This document shows, in pieces, positions 14,330-26,765 of a stretch of 64,000 nt of DNA. The notes under the pieces are model-generated. The model made no database searches. It had not been told where the DNA came from and saw only the letters and a list, made by a program, of their open reading frames with translations. Every line of letters starts with the position of its first letter. Position 1 is the first letter of the stretch. The position numbers were made by a program, and so were the translations under genes. Source of the stretch: Camelus dromedarius (taxonomy: Eukaryota); assembly GCF_036321535.1 (NCBI RefSeq), contig NC_087436.1, positions 60,514,001 through 60,578,000 of the forward strand, read 5' to 3'.

Positions 14330-15075
14330 CAATGTGGTTATATAATAAATTGATACAAGTCATTTTTGAGGACATGCTGGAAATCTGTATTAAAAGAATT
14401 GAAATTATTTATATTCTTTGAATCAACAATTTCACTTCAGAGAATTTAAATGACCGTAAACTTAGATATAAGGATGTTCATCTCAGCATTGATTATAATA
14501 TGAAATTGAAAGAAATGCTAGAAGTTTGACAATGGGGACTTAGTTAAATGCATTATGGTTGATCCATACAGTGATCACACTGAGCAGTCATTAAAATGTT
14601 GGTGCAGAAGAATAACTGATGAGGAGGAAGGATGTTCTTGCTGCATTAAGTGAAAGGAACAGATTATAAAACAATACGAATAATTTGGATCATATAACCC
14701 AGTTTTAATTAAAAAAACAACTGTGTGTATTATATGTATGAATAAGGGCCTGAAGTAGTTGCACCAGGCTCTCTGTTTTTCTCAATGAGGCACTCTGCAT
14801 TTCCAGTTGGATAATCCTTTGCTTTGGAGAATGCTCCCATTCAACATAGGATGTTTCCCTGTCCTGGTCTTTACTCGTTAAATGCCAGTAGTGCTCCCCA
14901 GGCATCGTACCAGACACAAAAAGCCCTCCCACACTGTCCTTGAGGAAACACTACAACTGAGTGACTATTTCTGGGGCACGGATTGCAGTCATCTTACTGT
15001 CTCTCTTTGCTCACTTACCCTTTCTCCAATTTCCTATAATAAGTATGTATTGGATTCCTAACAAAAGCATAATAA
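14330..15075 (+). mobile_element. Ancient L1ME-type 3' remnant interrupted by a MER20-like element
   Basis: caacaatttcacttcagagaattt...aaggatgttcatctcagcattg...ttaagtgaaaggaacagattataaaac; similarity resumes after ~14980. Confidence 0.6.
14773..14960 (-). mobile_element. MER20-family hAT-Charlie DNA transposon remnant
   Basis: tttctcaa...ggcact...ggataatcctttg...taggatgttt...aatgccagtag resembles the antisense MER20 consensus. Confidence 0.65.
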
Positions 15076-17204
15076 ATAGTATTTGTAATATTCCACACTA
15101 TTCAGCATTTATGTGACTAAGCGTTCTTCTGCTTTCACTGTAATTAGAACTCAAAGAGCCTAATTTTCCTTCTTAGTCTCCTAGTTCTCACTTACATTTG
15201 TTCAACTGATTAAAAAAAAATCATCTCAGCTTCATAGATACGGAAAAATACAGTTATAGTGTTTGCTGTACATCCATTCACCTATGTATTTATTCATCCA
15301 TTCATCTGATATTTGTTAAAACCATGCTATGTGCAATATACTACGCCAGGCATCATCAGAAGAATTGTGCCATATAAGACCAATTTCTAGTGCTCTAGGC
15401 ATTGACATCTAGCTGTTAATCATGATGCATATATGTAGTCTACTAATATTATGGACCTTGTTTGAAGATTTCTTCCCAAACCTCTTTCTCTTCCTTTCAA
15501 GTTTGAAATAAGGCTGTCTCTGAGTGAGGTATCATAGCATTCATGGTCTCTTATTATTTCTCAAAAAATCAGATTATAATTCACTTCTTCCATTTATTCC
15601 TCTTGATCCTAGTTATCAAACCAAATTAAGATACCATGTCAACAATTTTCTTTTTGCTAGTAATACTGGGTTCCACATCTGAATTTCAAGATAAATTTTA
15701 ACAAAGCTCTTCAAGGAGGAATGAGGTGACCTGCCCAAGTAGATTGAATAATTTATTTGCTCTCTCATTTTTGGCAGGCATATCTGATCATTGGGGGCCT
15801 AACTCACAATTTGACTTTGCAAAATCTTATTACTAAATCTTAGTATAAATATTTTGGGTTCTGAGATAGCTGTCATCCTCTTATCTTCTTGTATCCTTAA
15901 AACTTTACCTTTTGCATTTTAATATGCTTTATTTACAGCATGCCCAAATCCCCAACTTGACAAATAACCTTTCAGTATTTTTGTTAACCTGTCTGATAAT
16001 ATATAAGAACTTGTAAAAGTGTCACTTCTTTGAAATACTTTTTACTATGGTCAGTTTATTTCTGTTGGAGTTAGATAACCCCATCTGCAGTATTCAGTTC
16101 ATTTTACGTATGAGCACAGGCCTTGTCCTTGGACTAGGAGGACCTTTACAGTCTTTGGCCTCTCTGTAATCTCTGACTGTTAGCTTGTTAGTAGTAACTA
16201 GTAGGTCTGATCATCCCAAATGCCTGGGATCACATTTTAAAGTAAATTGTATTTTTGGACCTAAGAGTTTACTAAAATGTAACAAGGATCAAACCATTGA
16301 TGTATGTATTTGGAAGAGATTTCAGTTGCAAGTAGTAATTAGTTTTTCAGATTTTAAAAATATGGGCAACTATGATTTTTTTAAAATGAAGGCTTTAGGG
16401 GAAAATAAATTCCCCAGAGTACCTATTTTTCAGGTAATAAATATCCTGGAACTATTTGAGGAAAAAAGTATATTTCTTATATCTGACAAATATTTGTGTT
16501 TTCATCATTTATGGAAAGAATGAAATTTCTTCCATCCTTCACACACTCTTTCTTATTTGAAACTAATTGATACCTTTTAAAAGGAAACTACAAAAGACTG
16601 ACTTGGGGTGGGAGGGCGTATCTTATGACTGATGGTTCAGTGTGTTTTTTATATATAGGTGTGGGTGTGGCACGTGTGTGTGTAAAATGCAATTTGTGGT
16701 AGCATTTTCTTTAGAAATCTTGATCTTTTCAGAATTCAACCATATTATAAATGCGTCTACATTGATCTCCATCTTCAGAATACATGAAATGTTTTTTGGC
16801 AGTCCTTCCTTTAATAGAATATCCTGGGAATTTGGAAGTTACTAGCCAAGTTAGCCAGTGGCTGTCCACGACCCACAGAATCAAGCCCCAAGGCCTAATC
16901 CTGTTATTCAAGGCCCTGTTTTATCCAGTCTTCCTTTCTTTTCAACCAAATATTTCACAATCATTTAACAAAACTCTTCAGTCAAAGCAGACAGTGTCTT
17001 CAAAATATCTCCCAGTTACCTAACACAGCCTGTAACTTTTCATTCTGCCTGACCTGTGAGAGGGCTTTAAGCCTCCTGACTGAATTTTACCCAGGCTAGA
17101 AAGGCCCACGCAAGCCTTCAGAACTCTGAAAACTTTCCCAATCTGCTGAAATGCATAGTCATCTCACCTTACTTCGCCCTCACAGCATCTGAATATATAT
17201 CGTA

Positions 17205-17672
17205 CATATTTGGTTGCTCAGGCCAAAACCGTGAAAGCATCCTTGATTCCTCTCCTTACACATCCTCCCTCCAATCCTCTACCTAATCAGTGTACCTGTA
17301 TTTGAAAATATATCCCTGATCTCCCCAAGTCTCTCTTCCCCATCACCACCACTCTGGCCAGGCCTTCATCGTCTCTCATCTAGACTCCTTCCCTCCCCTC
17401 TTACCTGGCCTCCCCGCTTCCACTCACACACCCTGGGTAGCCTGTCTCCACCAGTCAGAGTAATTCTTTTGAAACACACCAAAGCATCCCTCCCCTGCCC
17501 TCAACCATCCAGTGACCTCCTGTCACACATAGGAGGGTAGGCTGTGGTCACAGGCCATACGATATCTGGTTCTCAGTAATGTCATTTCCTGTCCCTTTTC
17601 TCCTTGGGCACTGCCCTCCAGCTATACTGGCCTCCTTGCTGTTCTTCAGAACTGCCAAACACATTTCCAGTA
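17205..17672 (+). mobile_element. LINE-2 fragment
   Basis: ttgctcaggccaaaacc...catccttgattcctctc...ctccagctatactggcctccttgctgttcttc. Confidence 0.75.
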
Positions 17673-17689
17673 CTCAAGAAAACATAAAA

Positions 17690-17840
17690 GAGGAGGGAGG
17701 AGGGTATAGATAAGTGGTAGAGTGTATGCTTAGCATACAAAGAGTCCTGGGTTCAATCCCCAGTGCCTCCATTAAAAATAAATAAATAAACCTAATTATC
17801 CACCCCTGCAAAAACCAAACAAACAAATTTTTTTTTTGAA
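17690..17840 (+). mobile_element. tRNA-derived SINE, camelid Vic-1-like
   Basis: A-box-like tagataagtgg, B-box gggttcaatccc, tail aaataaataaacctaattatccacccc. Degraded TSD aagaaaacataaaa (17676-17689) / aaggaaacatagaa (17841-17854). Confidence 0.85.
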
Positions 17841-17968
17841 AAGGAAACATAGAATTAGTTTTATTCATTTAAATGTGGACTATTTCCTTCTTCTAAAAGC
17901 AAATATAAATGATATTGTCTTCTTTAAAAAAAAAAAAACAAACCTGACTACCCAGAATTTCTGATCTT

Positions 17969-20900
17969 TTTTTTTTTTTTTAGAAGAGAGAAAAATATAA
18001 TGATGTACCCATGTGCCCATTATCCAGTTTCAGCAATTAACAACTCATGGGTAATCTTATATTCTATTTTAGAGAGGTAAAATATATATAGCAAAAAAAA
18101 TTTGCCGTTTTAACCATTTTAGGTGTACAATTCAGTGGCTTTAATTACATTCATAATGTTTTGCAACCATTACCACTGTCTACTTCTTTTTTTTTCACAA
18201 TTTTTCAGTTATTCATGGACATACACACTATTGTCACATTTTTTTCTCTGTGAGTTATCATAACATTTTGTGTATATTTCCCTGTGCTATACAGTGTAGT
18301 CTATTCTACAGTTTTGAAATCCCAGTCTATCCCTTCCCACCCTCCACCCCCCTGGTAACCACAAGTCTGTATTCTCTGTCTGTGAGTCTATTTCTGTCCT
18401 TTATTTACGCTTTGTTTTTGTTTGTTTGTTTGTTTTTGTTTTTGTTTTTTAGATTCCACATATGAGCGATCTCATATGGTATTTTTCTTTCTCTTTCTGG
18501 CTTACTTCACTTAGAATGACATTCTCCAGGAGCATCCATGTTGCTGCAAATGGCATTATGTTGTCGGTTTTTATGGCTGAGTAGTATTCCATTGTATAAA
18601 TATACCACCTCTTCTTTATCCAGTCACCTGTTGATGGACATTTAGGCTGTTTCCATGTTTTGGCTATTGTAAATAGTGCTGCTATGAACATTGGGGTGCA
18701 GGTGTCATCCTGAAGTAGATTTCCTTCTGGATACAAGCCCAGGAGTGGGATTCCTGGGTCATATGGTAAGTCTATTCCTAGTCTTTTGAGGAATCTCCAC
18801 ACTGTTTTCCATAGTGGCTGCACCAAACTGCATTCCCACCAGCAGTGTAGGAGGGTTCCCCTTTCTCCACAGCCTCTCCAGCATTTGTCATTTGTGGATT
18901 TTTGAATGATGGCCATTCTGACTGGTGTGAGGTGATACCTCATTGTAGTTTTGATTTGCATTTCTCTGATAATTAGTGATATTGAGCATTTTTTCATGTG
19001 CTTTTTGATCATTTGTATGTCTTCCTTGGAGAATTGCTTGTTTAGGTCTTCTGCCCATTTTTGGATTGGGTTGTTTATTTTTTTCTTATTGAGTCGTATG
19101 AGCTGCTTATATATTCTGGAGATCAAGCCTTTGTCGGTTTCACTTGCAAAAATTTTCTCCCATTCCGTAGGTTGTCATTTTCTTTTACTTAATGGTTTCC
19201 TTTGCTGTGCAGAAGCTTGTAAGTTTCATTAGGTCCCATTTGTTTATTCTTGCTTTTATTTCTTCTAGGAGGAAATTTTTAAAATGTATGTCAGATAATG
19301 TTTTGCCTATGTTTTCCTCTAGGAGGTTTATTGTATCTTGTCTTATGTTTAAGTCTTTAATCCATTTTGAGTTGATTTTTGTATATGGTGTAAGGGAGTG
19401 TTCTAGCTTCATTGCTTTACATGCTGCTGTCCAGTTTTCCCAACACCATTTGCTGAAGAGACTGTCTTTATTCCAATGTATATTCTTGCCTCCTTTGTCA
19501 AAGATGAGTTGACCAAAAGTTTGTGGGTTCATTTCTGGCCTCTCTATTCTGTTCCATTGGTCTATATGTCTGTTTTGGTACCAATACCATGCTGTCTTGA
19601 TGACTGTAGCTCTATAGTATTGTCTGAAGTCTGGGAGAGTTATTCCTCCAGCCTCTTTCTTTCTCTTCAGTAATGCTTTGGCAATTCTAGGTCTTTGATG
19701 GTTCCATATGAATTTTATTATGATTTGTTCTAGTTCTGTGAAATATGTCCTGGGTAATTGGATAGGGATTGCATTAAATCTGTAGATTGCCTTGGGCAGT
19801 GTGACCATTTTAACAATATTGATTCTTCCTATCCAAGAGCATGGAATATCTTTCCATTTTTTAAAGTCTTCTTTAATTTCCTTCATCAATGGTTTATAGT
19901 TTTCTGTGTATAATTCTTTCACCTCCTTGGTTAGATTTATTCCCAGGTATTTTATTACTTTGGGTGCTATTTTAAAGGGGATTGTTTCTTTACTTTCTTC
20001 TTCTGTTGATTTATCATTAGTGTAAAGAAATGCAACTGATTTTTGAACGTTAATTTTGTAACCTGCTACCTTGCTGAATTCTTCAATCAGCTCTAGTAGC
20101 TTTTGTGTGGACCTTTTAGGGTTTTCTATATATAGCAACATGTCATCAGCATATAATGACACTTTTACCTCTTCTTTTCCAATTTGGATCCCTTTTATTT
20201 CTTTCTCTTGCCTGACTGCTGTGGCTAGGACTTCCAGGACTATGTTGAATAGGAGTGGTGATAGTGGGCATCCTTGCCTTGTCCCAGATTTTAGTGGGAA
20301 GCTTTTGAGTTTTTCACCGTTGAGTACTATGCTGGCTGTAGGTTTGTCATGTATAGCTTTTATTATGTTGAGATATGTTCCCTCTATACCCACTTTGGCG
20401 AGCGTTTTTATCATAAATGGGTGTTGAATTTTATCAAATGCTTTTTCTGCATCGATTGAGATGATCGTGTGGTTTTTGTCCTTTCTCTTGTTGATGTGAT
20501 GTATTACACTGATTGATTTGCGTATGTTGAACCAGCCTTGTGTCCCTGGGATGAACCCCACTTGGTCATGATGTATAATCTTTTTTATGTGTTGTTGGAT
20601 TCTATTTGCTAAAATTTTGGTGAGGATTTTGGCATCTATGTTCGTCAGTGATATTGGCCTATAATTCTCTTTTTTGGTAGTGTCTTTGCCTGGTTTTGGT
20701 ATCAGGGTGATGATGGCTTCATAGAATGAGTTTGGGAGTATTCCCTCCTTTTCAATCGTCTGGAAGAGTTTGAGAAGGACTGGTATGAGTCCTTCTTTGT
20801 ATGTTTGGTAGAATTCCCCGGTGAAGCCGTCCGGTCCTGGACTTTTGTTTGTAGGGAGGTTTTTAATTGCTATTTCTATTTCCTTTCTAGTGATCGGATT

Positions 20901-21908
20901 GTTCAAGTGTTCAGATTCTTCTTGATTCAGTTTTGGTGGACAGTATGTTTCCAGAAACTTGTCCATCTCCTCTAGGTTACCCAGTTTGGTTCCATATAGT
21001 TTTTCATAATATTCTCGTATGATATTCTGTATTTCTATTTTGTTTGTTGTAATTTCTCCATTTTCCTTTCTTATTTTGCTAATTTGTGCTCTCTCTTTTT
21101 TCTTCTTTGTGAGTTTGGCCAGAGGTTTGTCGATTTTATTTACTTTTTCAAAAAACCAGCTTTTGGTTTGGTTGATTTTTTCTATGGTCTTGTTAATCTC
21201 TATTGTATTTAATTCCTCTCTGATTTTTATTATTTCTTTCCTTCTGCTGCTTTTTGGGGCTTTTTGTTCTTCTTTTTCTAATTCATTCAGGTGGTGGGTT
21301 AAATTGTTTATTTGAGATTGTTCTTCTTTTTTGAGGAAGGCCTGTATCGCTATAAACTTCCCTCTTAGCACTGCCTTTGCTGTGTCCCATAGGTTTTGAG
21401 TGGTTGTGCTTTCATTATCATTTGTCTCAAGGTATTTTTTAATTTCAGTTTTGATTTCCTCATTGATCCATTGTTTTTTCAATAACATATTGTTTAATCT
21501 CCATGCTTTCCTTTTTTTCTCCTTTGTTTCTCTGTTGTTGATTTCCAGTTTCATGGCATTGTGGTCAGTAAAGATGCTTGAGATCATTTCTATCTTCTTA
21601 AAATTGTTGAGGTTTCTTTTGTGCCCAAGTACATGATCGATCCTGGAAAATGTTCCATGTGTACTTGAAAAGAATGTATATCCTATTTTTGGGGGGTGTA
21701 ATGCTCTGAAAATATCCACCAAATCTAGTTTTTCTATTGTAGTATTTAATTTCTCTGTTGCCTTGTTTATTTTCTGTCTGGAAGATCTGTCTAGTGATGT
21801 TAATGCAGTGTTAAAATCTCCAACTATGATTGTATTCCCATCAATATCCCCCTTTATCTCTGTTAGTAATTCTTGTATGTACTTAGGTGCTCCTATATTG
21901 GGTGCATA
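17969..21908 (-). mobile_element. Young 5'-truncated LINE-1 insertion (~3.9 kb) with 3' transduction, antisense to SNCA
   Basis: Perfect 16-bp TSD cagaatttctgatctt at 17953-17968 and 21909-21924. T15 tail at 17967-17981. Empty site 5'-TCTT/AA fits L1 endonuclease preference. L1 body is 18196-21908. Confidence 0.95.
18449..21908 (-). pseudogene. L1 ORF2p (endonuclease/reverse transcriptase), 5'-truncated and disrupted
   Basis: Frame is open from YAPN (21908) through GDFN, SDHN-like TDHN, RT QGCPLSP and YADD to 19185. Then a 1-bp frameshift (~19190) and an in-frame TGA (19177-19175). The C-terminal 225 aa carries the CCHC knuckle ([18 protein letters not shown]) and ends ...RSLICGI* at 18449. 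Confidence 0.95.
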
Positions 21909-24900
21909 CAGAATTTCTGATCTTAACTTTCAATAGACAAACTGCAAGGATGTGTAAAATGGCAAAGATATTCTCTACTTCAGATTTCCACGTGACTCTG
22001 GTGCATATTAGTACTTTGGTATATTGTGGAATATGAGCCTATTCTAATGAAATTACTTAAATACATCATACTTATCACAAAATTTCTTGCTTTTCCATAC
22101 TTTTATAGCAACTCCTAGTGGATGGTACATGGATACATGAAATTAACTTTCTCCTTAACAACAAAGCAATGATTTCACTCATAAGATAACTCTTGGAGAT
22201 ATCAGAACTACTTATCACTATGCATTATTCATACTGCAATAAATGTTTTCTTAGTAAACCACATAAATCAGAATGACTGTTGGACAGATGGGCAGAACCA
22301 CATGCATCCACTATTAGGCAGTTGGTGAGCCTAAGATGCCAGAAAGAAGATTAAGACTAGCAAGGCAGGAAGCTTCCGATTGCTCTTAAAAGGGGATGAT
22401 CTTGTGCTCCTGACTTTCCACTGTGTGTTTTCCTTTGAAAGTAATGTCTTCCAAAACAACTTTCCACATTTTATATCCAAACACATACTCAATGCTTTCG
22501 TATGGTAATTGATATATAAATAACAAAATGAAATGTTTAGGCAGATTGAAAAAAGAACTTCCCCTGCTTCTGCCTTTTATGCGAGGATGACATCTATGAA
22601 ATGTATTTCCTCTGCAAGGAATGTGACAGTGTTCAGTTGCAAGAAGATGAAAGGGAGCAAAGCCTGCGCGCTGAGGAACAATGTGTCGTTTGTCACCGTC
22701 GGGGCTCATCAGCTGTGCGGAAGTCTGAGCAGCCCCGGCTGAAACAACAGGCTTCTTGACTTATTTTCCCCTGGAATACTTTAGCAGTAATGATTTCATT
22801 AGGAGCAGAGAAAAACCTTTAGAACTAGTTAGCTTTTGTGATGCAGAGCAGTTGTCTCTGAATTTTGATCAAGATTCAAGAGAAAGTAATTTATTGTAAT
22901 TTATTTTATCCATCGGTTATACTGGTTTATCTAGAGCATTCTAATTTCGGGAGCCATCTTGGGGTGTGATAGATTTTCTGCACAGTAAGCGAAGATCCAT
23001 TCAAAAGCACAGATAAGTTCTGCCGACTGTAATGTCTGATCTGGTTGAAACCATTTTGATTTAGCAGTTCCTCCTTTGTGGGAGGGAACCAACTGACATC
23101 ATACTGCAGAATTATGTGTAAGAACCACTAGCTTCACATCCAGTGCAAATTTTGCATATATTTGCTCTTTCTTAATCCAAAATAGATGTCTCAGACCTAC
23201 GTGCTGGGGAAAATTATGTGAACAAGATGGTTTGAGGGCCCAGCCCTTTTCAACTTCCTGTGCTTAGACCCCTTCTAATAGATAGAGTAAAATTTGAAGA
23301 GCCTTAGAGTAGATCCTCGTGTCCGACCCATACTGCCTCACAAAGGTAGGAGTGATGGTACTCAAGGTGATAGTGACTATCTGTGCTTTTTTATGCCCAG
23401 ACAAATTTGGATGTTTGCTTGGAATTCATACTTTCTACCACATTAAAAATTTGGGGAAATTAGTTATTTCCCAAATACAGATATATGTGAATATGAATCA
23501 GCGTACCAAATTTTATTTAATTTATCCATTGTTCTTTTTTTGTGTGTGGAATTATTTCAGCCCAAAATGTTCACTTATTTTTTCTCTACCCAGTCTTTGA
23601 ACCCAATCAGCCAAACACATAGAAAGAGATGGATTATGCTATCCTCAATATAAATTCTTCTTTTAAAATTAATTTTTAAAGTTTAGTAAACTTTGCTTTT
23701 GAAATTGTATATTCCTGTAATGTCTTTGTGAACTTTCTTCCTTTTTACTTTGTTTGTTTGTCTATATTATTTATTTTTCAAATTGATTTGAAACTTGCTT
23801 TTAATGTCAATACCTAGGAGCTTCTCTCTCAATTCTAAATATTTCTTTCTTAATTTGTTTTCTATATGTTCATTTTCTTATTGAAAGAAGATTTATTAGT
23901 TTTTTTAGCATTAAATTTGTTACTTTAGGGAATATGTTTTAAAAGATTTTCAGTGCAATTCCCAGTTAATACAGCACTGAGGTTTTTCCTGTTAGAGTTA
24001 CGTTGCTTTCTGTACATCTCGCTGGGAGAGAACTTGGCATAAGACTGATGTACTTGCTGATATTAACTTTGTCTTTGAGAAAACCATTGTTTGGTTTCAT
24101 TCAGGCACATTTCACACAAGCTGATAGAGCCAACACTTCTTTTCAGGGCCAATTATTGTCTAGATATTAAAACTTGCTGTCTTTTATCTGCTCATTTCCA
24201 GCCCTTTATGTGATCTATATTAGACACATTTGCATTCTTAGTTTTCATTCTTTTTAAACGTTGTATTTTCACTGAAGGTTGAAAGTGGTCCCTTAGACAG
24301 CAACTGGTAATGACTCTAACAGCAAAACTATTTAAAAAGCTACCTTATGGGCAAATATAGCGCCTATAAAGACCCTACAAAAATTATATGAGGTCCTATT
24401 TATCTTACTACCTCCTTTCACATCTAGTATTCAACTAATATTCAGTGAATTTCTGTGCAGTGCCGTATGCTATGATAAATTTTAGGATACAAGAATGAAC
24501 AAGAAATGTTCCTAGATTTTGGGGAAAAAAGAACATCTCTGTGTAACAGTTATTCTGACAAATCTCATTAAAGCTAAAAGAATGGTTTTCCCGGATCTAT
24601 TTTAAACTCTGGACGCTTAGTTCAGTGTCTTTTTCTCCTTATCAGGCTGGAATCATTACAAGTCTCTTAACTTTAAGAAAACCATGGAAATGAGACAGAC
24701 AGGATACTAAGTCTGCCACAAATTTGTCTTCATATTCTCTTGGGTCTTGCTTGGTGCTGAAGGTCACAGATAGGATGAGGTGGTTGTTGTGTCTGTTTTC
24801 TTTCCTTTCTTTTTTTTTTTTTTTTGATAAAGAAAAAATTAAAACAGCAATATGAGCATAGGACCCATGTCAAAAACTGATTCTCTAGTAAATAGGAATC

Positions 24901-25059
24901 TTGCCCTTTAGGATCTCCATGTAAAGAGTTCCCATATTTTCCCACTGTCAGCAGCTGTAATCTGTTGCATGTGGTATAGTTTGAATTCCAGAAATTTGAG
25001 TTCTAGCAATGGCCCCTGCAGTTAAGGATATATGAGGTAGCCTTCTCTAGCTCTCCATT

Positions 25060-25230
25060 AAGAATGGAATTACACTAAACTCATTAGCTATGTAACCATG
25101 AACCGATTGTTTTGTTATCCATTTATATCATCTGTATGAAATGAGAATAATAAAATTCACATCTCAGAGATGTGGTGACCACCTGGGATAAATGTGAGCC
25201 CAGAGCCTGGCACAACCAAGCTTCCTATTA
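25060..25230 (+). mobile_element. MIR fragment
   Basis: ttagctatgtaacc...tcatctgtatgaaatgagaataataa...agagcctggcaca. Confidence 0.55.
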
Positions 25231-25439
25231 CTAGTCCTCTCCTGTTCTCCCTTAGTCCTCCAGAGGACACTGGTGGCACCATGGCTGCAGCACTGATCAT
25301 ACTCTACTGGGCTTACTTGTCAACTTCTCTGCCCATCGTGAACTCTTTGGAGTAAGGACCACCACCGATACGACCTTATGTTATAGGTGGTCCTCTGTGA
25401 TTCTCAAATTGTTCACATAGTTTCAGGTACACAGCATAG

Positions 25440-25640
25440 TTATTAAGGGCTTGTTGTTGTTACAACAGCTTCACAGTAAGATAGGAAGAAAAAAAGAACG
25501 TGTTTTCCATTTTTTAAATTGATTTTTGAGGCTTGATGAAATCAAGTGAACCAAGGTGACATGATTAGCGAATGGCTCAGATGGAACAAACTGAATCCCA
25601 AGGATGCTGAGCTCAGTGCTTGCCCTACTATATCGTAGAG
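25440..25640 (-). mobile_element. MIR fragment
   Basis: ttttgaggcttgatgaaatcaagtgaaccaaggtgacatgattag...ctgaatcccaagg. Confidence 0.5.
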
Positions 25641-26040
25641 ATCGCTGCATGTCCCAGGAGAGTTTCACATGTTGTATCCCATGATTCCCCTCTGTTTGTT
25701 TGTATATATTAGAAAAGGCATCCTGCTACTCAAAATTGCTAACAATGAACAGGTACTGACAGCTATTAGCGCTTACATCTTTACCAAATGAAACACTGAC
25801 ATCAGTATAAGAATGGACAGGGAAAGGTTTATAGCCTAGGTACATCATTAAGTCAACTTTCTTTAACTACTTATTAAACTGTTAGTTTAACTGTTAGAAA
25901 ATTCTTCATATTTAACATACAGCCTTTTTATAATTTCAACACATTTCCTCATCACTGTAATAGAAAAGCAGAACCTTTGATCCTCTGATCTTTTCTTGGC
26001 CAGTTGCCTATCCACAAAATAGCTCTCAAACTGTAAAGCC

Positions 26041-26765
26041 TACCTATTAGGATGACGAAAATCCAGAACATTGACAGCACCTAATGCTGGCAAACATGTG
26101 AAGCAATAATGATGACCAGTTGTTGCTGGTGGGAATGCAAAATGGTCCAGCCACTTTGGAAGACAGTTTGGCTGTTTCTTACAAAACTAAATATATTCTT
26201 CTCATATGATCCAGCAATCATATCCTAGACAGTTACCCAAAGGAGTTGAAAACATATTCACACAAAATCCTGCACATAGATATTTATAGAAGCTTTATAG
26301 ATATGTGCCAAAACTTGGGGAAAATTAAGACATTCTTTAGTAGGTAAACGGATAAATAAATTGTGGTACATTCAGACAATGAAAGATTATGTGATAAGAA
26401 AAAGAAATGAGCTCTCAAACCACAAAACCCATGGAAGAACCTTAAATGCATATTTCTAAGTGAAATAAGCCAATCTGGAAAGCCTACAGTACTGTATGAT
26501 TTCAACTGTATGGCATTCTGGAAAAGACAAAAGTATGGAAACAGTCAAAAGACCATTGATTATCAGAGGTTGGGGATGGGACAGAGGGATGGAAGACTAG
26601 GTAGAGAAGAGAACATGTTCAGGGCAGTGAAGCTATTCATATTGATACTATTATGATGGACACATGACATAATGTATTTATTAGAACTCTTGGAACTGGA
26701 CAACACACAGAGTAAACCTTAAGGTAGACTCTGGACTTTAGTTATAATAATGTACCGCATTGTTA
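26041..26765 (+). mobile_element. Old L1 (L1MC-like) ORF2 end and 3'UTR, sense orientation
   Basis: ttgctggtgggaatgcaaaatggtccagccactttggaagacagtttgg...catggaagaaccttaaatgcatatttctaagtgaaataagccaatctg. Confidence 0.85.

Noticed and set aside
17700..17780. tRNA-like sequence with A and B boxes
   Set aside because: Degenerate, followed by a SINE tail and flanked by a TSD, so a SINE rather than a tRNA gene. The same applies to 58267-58432.
18951..21636. Several + strand ORFs of 65-118 aa
   Set aside because: Typical antisense frames of L1 ORF2, not host genes.
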